64,000 bases of DNA. Origin: Neodothiora populina. Taxonomy: Eukaryota. The stretch lies in contig NW_027191407.1 in the NCBI RefSeq assembly GCF_041146345.1, positions 372,001-436,000 of the forward strand, read 5' to 3'. A model generated the notes under the pieces. It did not search any database. It worked only from the letters and a program-made list of their open reading frames with translations, and was not told where the DNA came from. Positions 22,989-35,748 of the stretch are shown in pieces; the first letter of the stretch is position 1, and the number at the start of each line of letters is the position of its first letter. The position numbers and the translations under genes were made by a program.

Positions 22989-25900
22989 TGGCTCCTGATA
23001 CATGGACGCGAACATGAACCGTGAATAGGAAGCAAAGGACGGACGCAAGCAACATCCCAGCAAGAATGTCTCCCAATGGTGCAACATGAAGCATATGCGC
23101 TTGAAGCAACATGGTTATCAACATGGGAGTGGGGCTTCCAGAGATTGCCAGTCTGATACGGCCTATCTCAAGGAAACCCGTTTGATCTTTGGACACCATA
23201 ATAGGAGAAAAGAATTGACTTCCTTCTTCCTGCATGATGTGTCCTTGGTCAATTTGAACTTGAGGGAAGAAGAAGCTCTGGACAGGAAGGAGATTCTTAT
23301 GTAGCGTTTGAAACGACGCTAGTGGACATTCAGTCTATGGCAGAGCTCACTGCCCTGCTTGGATGCCTTGTTTGTTTATCTCCTGCTAGACGCTTGAAGA
23401 CTGCACGAAATGTGCAATGAGAGGAGTTTACTTGGGGATCGCTTCACTGGAAGAAGCGCTTTCACACTGGCATCTCTTCTACCACTAGATCCTCATGCCG
23501 ACCTGAAGTGAGCCTATGGTTGCTCCGATCTCTTGATGCCGCCATCCGAATGGCATCTCTTGGTCCACGTCAAGTGTGCGAGATCAGATCCATTCTGCAT
23601 TACTCCTCCCATTTTCGCACAGTACAGAGCTCGTGATCGATGGCTCTCGCCCAAACTACATTGCGAGTGGTATAACAGCGAAGACTAGTTGCAAGTGATG
23701 ACTCACAACTCACCGCGGGTACTTTTCAACCATTCGTCAAGATGGAGATCTTTATTGTCACCAAAGCTATCTCGGCCTTATTAGAAGTACCTTGGTCCGC
23801 CTCAATCTGATCCAGAGACCGCAAATCATAAGCACACGCGCGGTTTCGGAACCACTACTGAGTTGAAACTTCTACCAATCCTTCACCACTCATGGGATTC
23901 TCCGATCTCAAGATACCAGAGCTTTCTCTGTCATGAAGTGATGCCTAGTGTCATGAATTCGTCCATCATAGCTCATGTACCACGCTCTCTATTGGAATAC
24001 TGTCGATAGAGACAGTAGCGCTCCCCGTCTCATGTCATCCGGGCTTCTGCGAAAACTCCTGCGGATGATGAGATTGCCCTCAGACCTTGGGCAGCCAGGA
24101 GCCGTGCAAGGACGGACAGTAGTGCTAGACGTCGTCATGTCACAAGCATCGTGAGGTCAGAAGATGTCGTCCCGCCGTGATCAGCTCTCTCTGCACTCTC
24201 GTAGACGTGTGTAAGTCTTGCCCGACTACGATGTCAGACAGTCAAATTCGTGGCAATCGTTCAGTGCCACGTATTGTAGACGTATTTGAAGCGATACAGC
24301 AAGAGGACGAAGCAAGGCAGTAATTCCTGTTCGCTCAGGCCTAATTTCACACAAGCGGTTGCTGAGGCGCGGTTCCTAGGATGGTACGCGAGCTCTCATG
24401 CGCATGCTTCTGATATGAACGAAGTGAACACTACTTCTCAAGCTAGTCAACGTAATGGATTCGAGCAGGGCAGCTCAGCGTCGATGGCCGCGATGCTGAT
24501 TCCGTCTTTGACATGATAAGGATGAAATAGCGATGGCCACCGTCCAGTAACGACTTCTGGGCGGAAGAGACGTTCTCGTAGTGGTGTATACGCGGATGAG
24601 TTCCCTATCATGAGGACAATTAGTCTGAAGTGACCATCATGTTTAATACGCGTGAACAGGTGATTGGCATTGCTTGTGCTGCTCATGGCGTCCAAAATGG
24701 CCAAAATTTTAGCCAGTCGAAAGCATTACATGGAGTGTCAAGCAGCCTGATATGGCTACGCCGCTACGATGTCGCCAGACCTTGACGACCTCTATAGATC
24801 ATAGAGGTGATCTAATAGCTTGATGATCACTGTATCTCAGATATGCTCATACAACTGAAGTTGATGTGCAAAGATGGAATGTGGATCAGCAAAGTCACAA
24901 CTCGGCGTCAACAACAAGTACGATATGGAACTGCTACGCCAACAAGGATAGTCTACCATACACCTGGACAAGGACATCAATGGTGCTATACAATGTTCTT
25001 GCAGCAAGACGATACATGCTTTGCTATAGATCACTCTGTTACGTATACAGGTATCACTAGGGTCAGACAGCAGGTGCAATGAGTTCACAACAACAACTTG
25101 ACGGCACAACACCAACCACAGGACCATAAGTCACTTACAAGACAACAGAGCTACACGAAGACGACAAGTAGGCAGAAGGGGACATCGATAACATGCATTC
25201 TTCTTCAGCGTCCAGTCAAATGACCAGAGAACCAATGAAAAGATGTAAGAGTGGAAGTCAAAAATTATGCCTCCATGGCATGATCAATCATGCCATGCGG
25301 TAACTCCATCATCCCTACCCAAGGAAAGGAATGGACAGGGGAAAGGTGGGATGAGAGGAGTCACCGGGTGAGGAGCATCTTGAAAGCCTCCTCACCGAAA
25401 CGGTTGTGCATGAAGAAAGAAAGAAGAAAGAGAAGAAGAGAAGATAGCAAGCTTATATACCCCTGAGCAAACCGGGTCGCTTAGTCGTCGTGGGTGCCTA
25501 GTGGCACGGCAGGACGACCCATCGAGGTATAGTGCATGGATCATGATTGGCGTAGGGGCTAATGGCTGGAGGAGTCACACGCAGCAAGCTCACACATCAC
25601 CTAGAAGTGAGACACGGCACCGTGGTTTGTCTGGATACAAGATCCCCTCCTCGTCTTCTCTTCACTTTTCCTTTCTCCTATATCATGGCGATGTCAGGAT
25701 AGAGGATGTCACCAATCCCCTATCTGGCAGTCTTCCCACATTGCACAGCGTGGGCTCGAGTCTGCTAACGATGCCATCCTTTCAACTTGGTAGTCTCTGG
25801 CACAATTTTTGATGGCATACAATGCTCCCTTTTCATCGGTCTGCTGGTCGTATGACTGGTCACTGAAGAAGAGATTTGGTACTTGAAGAAGAGTGGTCTT

Positions 25901-27346
25901 TCGTGTCTTTGAGGCTGCTGTCAATCCATTTATGATAGAGAGCTCTTCTTTGAAGCTCCTCTTTGAGGGAAGCTGTATTGACCCTCACCACAGAAGAGCT
26001 ATGTTTGCTGGACATGCAATGAGCAAGTCCATGAGCGGAATCGGCTAGCCTCTATACGTATGATGGGCTATCATCACCCTTGCACGCGACCCCGAGCGTA
26101 CCTATTTTTCTTACTGTGTACTTCGTCACACTTATGGCGAATGAGTGGTTGATATATCGTAGCCGAGTCTGCATTACGATAAGCTACCATCTGCTCTCGT
26201 GGGAAGCTCAATACCGAGTCAAGGCTTGCATCCTGCCAGAACTCTGTCCAGTGATCTGAGATAACATCGTGATATATTCTTCGAGCCCAACGTCCAACCT
26301 CTAGTGGTAGACAGGAGTCTATCATGTCCCAGCACCCGCTATATGAACAAGTCGATGAAGCCCCTGTCCTCCCTTTACGTTGTCGCATGGAACAAGTGAG
26401 CAAAGAGCGACAATTTGAATCATGATTGAGATATAATGAAGGTCTACGTTGTTGGTCCAGTGCATCACGCTGACACTCTCTGGTCGTGACATTAATCTCA
26501 TTCATCATCCAGCACGGTCGCATGATCACGGAAGGATACACCACTGAAGGATATATCGCGACGACAAGAGTAACAGAATGCTCTCTAAACAGGAAAGTGA
26601 GGTCATATGCCCTTCACTGTCGAGGACACCAGGGCAACCCTGTCCATATCCAAGTGTATCGCTGGCCCACTGTCGCCGTGACCATCGATGGCGAGCGACC
26701 CTACGAATCCTGCGATTTGAACGGAATCGTGGACATGTTGCCACTCATGCTGTTACGCACCCGTGACGCCCAGTGAGTGAAATGGGCCAGACCGTTTCCC
26801 ACTTCGTCCAATGGCAAGGTTTGCAATGTGCAAGGGCAGCGGATCTCGCCTAATCAATTGATGACTGGCTAATTGTTGTTGCGAGAGCTACAGTATTTTA
26901 CTTACACTCTGTGCGGCGAAGCTCACTGGTAAGAAAACCCACGGTTCTGATGCTCTACTCTACAATCTAACTGCGAGATGCATACACGGTCACCATACAT
27001 CATACTGCACGGCGATGCTGCACGAGAGAGGGCGGAGGTCGAGGAATATCATACCAATCCCACCTTGATTGGGTAAAGCGTGTATGCGGGCTCGGCGGGG
27101 AATGGCAAGTAGGCAGCAACAGAAAAGCACCAGCCAAATGCAGACAACACTTTGGCCAAGGCGTCGGCCGTGTCTCTAAACGAGGAAAATTTGGGTTCAC
27201 AAATTACTGCATGCCGTCGCATTGTTGTGACTCAAAGCGAGTTCGGGGTTCATCTACACGTCTCCATCGTCCGCCCCTCTGCGATAACGGAGCAATTCGG
27301 CGTCGCGCGAGTGTATATACAAACATTGAGACATAATTATATTGAT

Positions 27347-29791
27347 ATGGCGTGGCCATCAGGCAGCAACTTCTCGCCGTCGCTGCAGCACAGCAACCTG
27401 CAACCGCAGCCGGCGACGACGCAGTCTCCAGTGATTGGCGCAGCAGACTTCTCGTCGTCTCTGCCCGCGACTTCACCAACTCAACACACTCCCGGCGGGT
27501 CTGTACCAGGGCTGCCTGCAGTCCAGGGTCGCAAGCGAAAGCAAAGCGAGAGCAATGGTCCCAGTCCAGACGGCGGAGACGTGCAGTCTTCGACGCAGCA
27601 GGCCTCCAAGACGCATCCCGTGAAGAGAGCGTGCAACCAGTGTCGACAGCAAAAGGTATGCGCCGCAATCAAGCATTATACTTGAAAAAAGCTTCAAAAG
27701 CTTCAATCGTCGCCCCGATGCGCATCGAGGCTAATTTGATTTTCTTTTGGTGAATAGCTGAAATGCAACATCGTCACCGATCCAGAGTTCCAGGCATGCA
27801 GTCGATGTGTCAAGCACAATCTGATATGCGCCATCGACCCTGGCTTTAGACGACAGGAGAAGCGTCAACGCCATGCGGAGATGGAGAGGGAACTCTCTGA
27901 GCTTCGAGCAGAATTGGCCGAGCTCAGAGGCAGGCATGGAGGCATGGCTCCAGCAGTGACCATGTCAGCTTCCATGTCTACAATTCCAGCGCAGTCTCAG
28001 TATCCCGCAGCTGCGCCAAGCGCTCAATTCCCAGGACCGAATGAGGCAGCTGCGTCGAGGTCGTTGCTGGATCTTGCCCATGGAGGGTTCGAAGGGTCGC
28101 CTGTGGCCTTAAGTCGCCAGCCTACGCTGCATACCCTTGGTCGAGTTACCTTGACCGAAGAGGAGATCTCCGAGTTGATGAACACCTATTTTGAACGTTA
28201 CCATCCGTTCTTGCCTTTGTTGCCTCCTGACTTTCCTCGAATGGCATTCTTCAATCTGCACCCACTACTGCACTGGGCTGTCATCACAGTGGCGTCGCGT
28301 CACTACGCAGCCTTGCCCACATTGTTGCAAGAATTGAAGGAGCCGCTGACCGAGTTTCTGTGGTACACCATCTCCAAAGTTCCTCAGACCTACCATGTTG
28401 TCAAGGCCTTGTGTCTGATATGCGCCTGGCCTCTGCCGACCAACTCTACTTCGGCAGACCCGAGCATGATGATTTGTGGATCAATGATACAGTTGGCCAT
28501 GCAATTTGGTTTGCACAGACCTGCTCACGCCCAGGACTTTTCGAGGTTCAAGATCGAGCTCCGAGAGGAAGACATTCGCGACCGAATGAACACATGGGTT
28601 GTGTGCAATCTCGTCGCACAAAAGTAAGCCCCCCACCTCCTTATTTTTTTCCTGTCACTAACAATTTCTTCCAGCATTTCCACTGGTTATGGTATGCCTC
28701 AGATCTCACGATGGAACTGGTTCACTCACGGTCTTCATCTCGATCGCATCTCACCTGCTCTTGTCATTCGCTGTAAGATCGAGCGCTTCATCGAGAAGAT
28801 CACTCGTGCTCTGTATACGATGCAGAGAGACGAAGTTGGCCCGGTCGACGAACCCTCACGTGCTCTGACCATCGACACATTCGGTCGAGAATGTGACGAG
28901 CTCAGGACTACCGTCCAAGCGGCAGGGGCCACGCCTATCGACATGCTACACTGCCACATTGCCACGCTTCACCTTCGGCTAACCGCATTGTTCGACAATC
29001 CCAAAGCCGCAAATTATGTCGAAGACTTACGCAAATTGCACCTTGCAGCCTCGACATTGCTACTTTACTTCCTGAAGCTACCCACCCCTCAGACGACGGA
29101 ACACAGTGTAGATGGAAGCATCTTCGCCACGAACTACGTTATGCAGATGGTCCTGGCAGCAGGCTTTACTCTCTTGAAACTTCTGAATTCTTTCTTCGCA
29201 ACCCACGTCGACGTGCCGGCCGGCCGCACTCTCTTCCTCTCGACAGTCACTGCTCTTCGAAGCATAAGCGTCGAGCGCAACGACCTACCGCAACGTCTCG
29301 CCGAAGTCCTCGCCCAGCTGTGGCAATCTTCGCCCCAAGGCCAGAACACCCACCGCCTGTTCGACAGCGGAGGCGTCAAAAAGGAAATTGACTCTTCCCT
29401 GCAACTGAAAGTCAGGTGCAGAATGAGCATGAGTCTGCTGTACGACTCCGTGTGGAGATGGAAGGACCAAATGGGCGCATCAGCAGTCAAGAACCTCGAC
29501 CGCGCCGTCATAAATCCCACAATCCCGGGCACAGGCGCCACATCTTCTTCGCGCTCTTCCGTGCCACCCAACACGTCACATCCACACGACGCAGCAACAG
29601 GTGGCGACGTCGGAGGCGGAGTCGGTGGTCTACACACCGACGGCACGGATCTAGGCATGCCCGCTCTGGTCAGCGACTGGCCCAACGAAATGAGCTTCGG
29701 GTCCACTTTGCCTTTTGACAGTCTGGGATGGGCGCTGGACTCGTTCCTAGACATGAACGGGATCAACAACGAGGGATTCATGGGCATGTGA
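27347..29791 (+). CDS. LEU3: Zn2Cys6 transcription factor with fungal TF middle-homology region, Leu3/LeuB-like; exons 27347-27655, 27758-28623, 28675-29791
   Basis: Binuclear cluster HPVKRACNQCRQQK|LKCNIVTDPEFQACSRCVKHNLICAIDPGFRR spans intron 1. Also YFERYHPFLPLL, GLHRPAHAQDFSRF, NDLPQRLAEVLAQLW and RCRMSMSLLYDSVWRW. Confidence 0.82.
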
Positions 29792-30063
29792 AACCAAACA
29801 GAGACGGCCATCTTTTATTTTCTCTTTTCTTTTACGAACACGAAAACAATGAAAACACATGAAAAATATGACCTTCGACGTTATATGAACGGGCAGGGAA
29901 CTTGAAATGATATTGTGGACTTCAAGTCTTTTGTTCCGATGACGTTTTTTTTAGTAGCGAGAGTAATAGGCTGTATGAAGCTGTCTTCTACAATGACTGC
30001 TTTTCTGTCTCTCCTTTTCTCTGATTCGGAGGTATATACACATCTACATATATACATCATATA

Positions 30064-31036
30064 CCTACCCTCTCGGGAAAAAAATATCAACAAAGATCAT
30101 AAGCCAGTCCTGCGCGGACAGTGCCACTGCGTGGAGCCTCCCCTTCGTCCTTCCACCTAAGCCGTATTCCAGGAGAAAGACAGTCCTGCGCGGACGGCGC
30201 CATTGCGTGGAGCTTTCCTTCCTCTCCCTTCTACCATTCTTTCTGTGCTGTACTAAAAGCCTGTACTGAACCCGTACTTGAACCCGTATCAGCAACGATC
30301 CGTGAGTGAGTCCACCGCAGGGCCTTGTTTTCTCTTCCTTTCTGTACTAACAGCCCGTACTAAAAGCCTGTCCCAAAAGCCTGTCCTAGAGCGATCCACG
30401 AGGGAGACCTATGTGGAGCCTTCCTATCGTCCGTCCCTATTTTCCCTTCTCGTCATGCCTTGTCATCATCCATTCCCATATCGTAATTATATACATCTAT
30501 TCCCCACGAACAAGCCCGAGTCAGACATGCTCCTACAGTGGCATACTCTCATCTCCCGCAGTGGTGTGGTCCAGGGACGGTCTACCTCTCAGGGCGCTGG
30601 CGCTGGGAAAGAGCAAGTACGGGCTTGTAGTGGATGATATACTCGAGCCAAAGGATGTAAACAGACGTTCACGCGGTGGTGTCTTGCGTGCTGTCCCTGT
30701 CTTCTCATCCTCATCCTGCTAATCGACAGTAATAGAAGAGCGTATAGGATAGCGCCGAGTAGAGCAGAGAGGCCTTTCGTGGATGCGTCTTCGGATGTAG
30801 GGTGGGCCTGTCGTTCTTCTGTGGGATACATGGTAAGCGGAAGGAGCGAGGAGAGGGTCTGCGCAGTGTGGCTTTACAGATAGGTCGTTAGCGGAGGGAC
30901 AGGGGAAGGCACCACGCAGTGGCGCCGTCCGCGCAGGACTGTCTTCCGTCGAGATGGGATGGGGCTTAGTGGAGACGAAGGAGGGCTCCACGCAGTGGCG
31001 CTGTCCGCGTAGGACAACGGAGGTTCGAGGGATAGG
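30064..31036. mobile_element. Non-autonomous TIR (MITE/foldback-like) element flanked by TA dinucleotides
   Basis: Ends read TA|CCTACCCTCTCG...CGAGGGATAGG|TA. Subterminal inverted arms of ~120 bp (30107-30225 vs ~30895-31015) each hold two copies of GTCCTGCGCGGACRGYGCCAYTGCGTGGWGC. No transposase ORF. Confidence 0.7.
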
Positions 31037-31139
31037 TAACGGACGCCTTTGGATGGCTTGTATGTGATTGACTCTATTGTGTACTGTCTCCGATGATGTC
31101 GAGAGTCGATGTAGTGATGGATGTATATATCGGGTTTGT

Positions 31140-33218
31140 CTACGCTGGGCCTTCACGTGTGTCCTCTCCGGCTTCCTCCTCGACGTCCTCGACAGCAGTC
31201 TCCTTGTGCCCGACCCATCCGGTGCCGGCCTGGACAAGAACCATCAACGCTGCGACTCCGGCGCCCATGATCCACAGCCACCACAGGGCGTCCTCGTACG
31301 CACTGACTGCGACGGCGTGTTCGATGCCCTTGAGTCCACTGACTAGAGCCGGCGAGCCCAGGAGTCGGCGCACCAGTGCTTCGCGGTGCTTGAGACCCTC
31401 TTCCTTGAAGCCTTGCTCTAGAGAAGAGCGCAGGACGCGACTGAAGACGCCGCCGCCGATGGCCGAGCCAAAGGATCCTGCGAAGCCGCGGAATGTGGCT
31501 AGTAGCGCAGTGCCGACGTAGTGGGTTGAACTTGGCGTCAGATGGAGTAAGTGGGCCAGAGTGTAGTTTAGCGCTGCGCCGGTCGTCGCTCCATTTGCGA
31601 ACAGCACGAAGATGTACAGAATGACGTTGCTGTCGCTCGTGGACAGCTGTGCCAGAACCAACAGGGTGATGGGGAATAGTCCGTATGCGATGAGCGAGGG
31701 TATGTAGAAGGAGCCGTGACGCCGGATGTGAGCAGCGCCCACTACGATGCCGCCGAAGGCGAAGCCGGCGTTTGTGGCGATCAGAATCGATCCTGCCGCT
31801 GCTGGCTGCCATGATCGGATGGCTAGAGCGTATGTGGGGGAGTAGAAAAGGACAAGCCATCGCGATAACATGAACCCTGTAGTACCAAGGCATGTGAGGA
31901 GCAGGCCACGTGAGCGCAGAAGTGAAATGGGAATCAGAGGGTCCGAGGCATATCTGGTCTCGCAGATTACGAACAGCACCAGGGTCAGAAGGGAAAGAAG
32001 AATAGGAAGGATAGGAATCCGCCTTGGTGAGGATAAAGCGTAAAGCAGCAGGGTCAGAGTCAGCGTCTGCTTGTTGTTAGCGTTGAATGTGCATGGCTTG
32101 TCGGGGGTTTCATGACGGGCCAAAAGCGAGAGCCGGAAGGAAAGATGATGGAATCGAAGTCACTCACCAGAGAGGCAGCGCCAAAATAATCCAGTTTTGC
32201 CAATCTTCTCCAGACACTCCCTTCACCATCACCAGCATTCTTACTTGTAGTGAAGCCGTGTGGAATAGCGAAAAGCAAGAGTGCACCTCCAGTGAGCGAA
32301 ACAGGAGCTTGCATCCAGAACAGCGCTCTCCATCCCACTTTGGGCAATAACGCACCGGCCGCGGTCGCACCCATGGCGACACCGACGGTGTATCCTGAAT
32401 TGAGCAAGCCGATCATGACGCCTCGTCTTTTCGGGCCTGAGAGCTCCAAAACGACAATGATGCTCACTGTGAAGATCCCTGCGGCGCCCAATCCGGTGAT
32501 TACGCGGCCCACAATGAAGGCTGGAAAGGCTTGTGCAAATGCTGCGACGAGGACGCCAATGGCAAGAAGGATCGTTGAGACGAACAGCATGATCCTAGGT
32601 CCGAAGATCTGTGCTAGTTTGCCTGTTATGGGAGAGAAACTCGACATTGCGATCTGGTTGATCTGTGAGCAGGGGCTCTTCGTACGGGACACGGCCGAGG
32701 CCATGCAGGAGCGCTAATCGACCACCTAAACACTTACCAGATACGATGATGTGAACCAACTAGTCTTCTCGAATGCATCTAGATCTGCCGCAATGGTCGA
32801 CTGAGTGGTAGTGAGGATAGAAATGTTCGTGGCTGGAGTGTTTGCTTAGCATCTGGCCTCTACACAAATACGTTTTGATCCAATGGGTTGCTATGCATGC
32901 CATGCATATATACAGCGACAAGTTCACACGATGAATTATCGCATCTACGTGTCTTGGGGAATATGCGATAGAGACTGAAGGGCACGATAGATACAACAAC
33001 GAAAAGAGAAAATGACAGAAAACACATCATTTACCTTGCAAGAAGATCAAAGAAGCCAAACCCACGACGCACAAAACACCTCTCACCACGGAGATGCCTC
33101 TATCATTGACTTGCTCAGCCGCATCGTCTGGGACCGGTAAAGTCTCATCTACCGTAGAAGGTTGTGAAGCGGCGAGCAGCGGTGCCGTCTCATCGGGAAG
33201 CCGGCCATTTTGAGACAT
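31140..33218 (-). CDS. MFS transporter (DHA2/Vba-like); exons 33035-33218, 32738-32832, 32168-32653, 31140-32066
   Basis: TNISILTTTQSTIAADLDAFEKTSWFTSSYL, GKLAQIFGPR, GRVITGLGAAG, GWRALFWMQAP, LDYFGA and FRGFAGSFGSAIGG. Canonical splice sites. Confidence 0.9.
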
Positions 33219-34339
33219 TCACTTCAGATGGGCTATTGAGATCTGATTTGATTTGTTTGAGGGATGATAGGGAGCAGGAAATCTGTTGTAGATGGATGCC
33301 AGATGGTGCAATACGACGATAGTGCTGATTAATGCGTGCCAAGGCCGGGAATAGACTGAAGGTAAAGGTGGGCGATGATTGCTGAAGTCAAAGACTGATC
33401 GATTGTGGATTGTAAGGGACGACTAAATGGCAACTAAACAGACTGTCGAGAACGCTACAATGGTGCAAAGGAGGATGGCGGTATTGCGATTGATGTCGTA
33501 AGGTGGACTACTGATATATAGATTTGTCAGAAGTGGTTAGCGTTGTTTAGTTGGTTACTGGGATTCTCGGGTTCCTTTAATCTTAACGCCGCATGATTGC
33601 TTGTACAGCAGGCTTATCTAACAGTATCTCTGCGCGGAGGCAATGATCGCGACCAGGCCTCAATCCTTCTGAGGCGGGCCGGAATGTTACTATAGATCAC
33701 ACGCCTCCGCGTTGCAGCTCAAGGGAAGTATATAAAATGTGCATGAATATATTCTGTTCATCAACATGTCCAACAATTGTGCACTCCACACAATTATAGA
33801 TAGGCTTCCATTGGGTTTCCACGATATCAATCATGGATTACACCGTATGTAATACTCACAAACAGCAACCCGCGTTGAATGACACAGCCACTGAGACGCA
33901 TATGTCCGACTTGATTCTCTCAAGCGAGATAACTTACAGAGTCGAGGGATGAATGATGAAGGGCTTGCTGGAGTTAGACTTGAGAGCAGCCAAGGGAGAA
34001 GCGGGAGAGAATCTCATAAACTTCAGTTGCTGGTGATACGAAAAGAAAAGAGTGGTGGGGTCAGAAAAAAAGGCTACAAGTACATAGCTCTATTTACACA
34101 CACGCACACTCTCATACTCTCATCTCACACACCGCGCAACATCAAACTCGTCAAGACGATCATTAGCCCTTTTTCTTTCTGGGCTTCCTGACCTTCTTGA
34201 CGGCGGCGACACCGACGACGGCCTCCTCGGCAGGCTCCAGGCGTTCGTCTACAACCTTCTTCGCCCGTCTCTTCCTCGTCTTTTTCTCTTCCACCACGAC
34301 AACGCCATGTTCTCTCACGTCGACGGCACTGCCATGAAT

Positions 34340-35341
34340 CTAGGCCTTCTGGGCGACGATTCTCTCAATGTCGGCGACGCTCTGCTTGAGGATCTGGTCG
34401 AGGGTCTTGGGGTTCTCGAGCTCCTTCTCGATCTTGGCGATGATGCTGGCGGCAAGCTCCTTTTGCTGGCGGATCTTGACCTGGCTCTCGTAGCGGACCC
34501 AAGAGTCGAGGACGGACTTGGCCTCGGCGGCGATGGCGGTCTTCTGCTCGAGCTCGTAGGCCTGGGCCTCGAGCTTGGCGGTTTCCTGCAAAGAGGTTTC
34601 AGTCACACGTTCGCAGTTTTTGATTATATCGATAGTCCCAGAGAGAAGAACAAACGAACCTTGGAGACCTCGAACAGGCTTTTGGTAATGTCAACGACAC
34701 CGCCGAGGTCCTTGACGCCCTCGATGCGCTTCTGGACAGCCTCGGTGTGCTCCTTTCTGGCCGAGTTCAGGATGTTCTTGATCTTGTTGGACTGGCCCTC
34801 GGCCCACTCCTTGTAGGCAGGACCTCCGTAGACGGCGATTCCGGTGTAGACGGCGAGAAGGCAGCCGAGGACAATGGACTCCTCGTTGACGACGTAGATC
34901 TCGTTGCTGATGGCGGCGATGGAAACACCGGCAGTGGCAGAGAGGATGGCGGTCTTGCTGAGAAGGCTGTTGCCGGGCAGAGAGTCGAGGATGCTCTTGG
35001 CCTTGACCTCGGGGCTGGGCTGGGTGGACTGGAGACGGGCCTGCACAGAGACGGCGGGGAGGGCGTGCTGGGTGAGGGAGAGGGCGGCGGTGGGACGCGC
35101 GCGGGCGGCGCCTGTTTGTGAGGATTAGCCATTCGCTATTTCTTGTTGCAGCTGCTGCTCATAAGACAATGCGCTCCATCTGTTATCTCCCATCTCCACC
35201 GGATGCTTGTCGGGCAGAGCCAATCGATTGTCGGGAGTGGGTGGATGCGAGATGGAGACACAGAGCCGGAGAGCGCCAGAGCAGAGAGTGGGAGGAGGGA
35301 TCGGGCGTACCCATCACGCTACGAGCGACACGAGAGGCCAT
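34340..35341 (-). CDS. ATP4: Mitochondrial ATP synthase subunit b (subunit 4); exons 35311-35341, 34660-35111, 34340-34585
   Basis: MASRVARSVM presequence, then SILDSLPGNSLLSKTAILS, ISNEIYVVNEES, LFEVSK|ETAKLEAQAYELEQK and VLDSWVRYE. Confidence 0.95.
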
Positions 35342-35548
35342 TGTGTGGATGGATGGATTGCGAAAGAGGGAAAAAAGGGGAGGTTGACTCTGTTGAAGGA
35401 GATTCTTCGTCTTCTTCTCTTTCCAATTCACTGCTGCTGCTGCTATCGCTGAACCGGAGAGTCTCTGCTGGAGCTTTGCGGATGCCAAGACCTGCGAGTG
35501 CCAAGCCTCTGTTCTCTCTTCTCTCTCGCTGTGGTCGTCGGCAACCGG

Positions 35549-35576
35549 AGGATCGGGATCGGGATCGGGATCGGGT
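35549..35576. repeat. (GGATCG)n hexamer repeat in the ATP4/NOC4 divergent promoter
   Basis: ggatcgggatcgggatcgggatcgg. Confidence 0.8.
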
Positions 35577-35748
35577 CTGTGCACCGTTCTTCCCGGCTTT
35601 CTTTTTGTTTTCCCAGAGAGGAAGGCGGTCAAGGCTCCTTCTCCAATAATTTCCATAATAATCATTGCTGCATTTTGATTTATTTAATTGTTTCATCTCA
35701 GTCGATAGACAGCGATTCCATCCTCACGTCGAGAGCAACAGTGTTAAA

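Noticed and set aside
29134..29811. Long antisense or alternative-frame ORFs (also 31153-31893, 36466-37113, 57655-58215)
   Set aside because: These are shadow ORFs of GC3-rich real genes.
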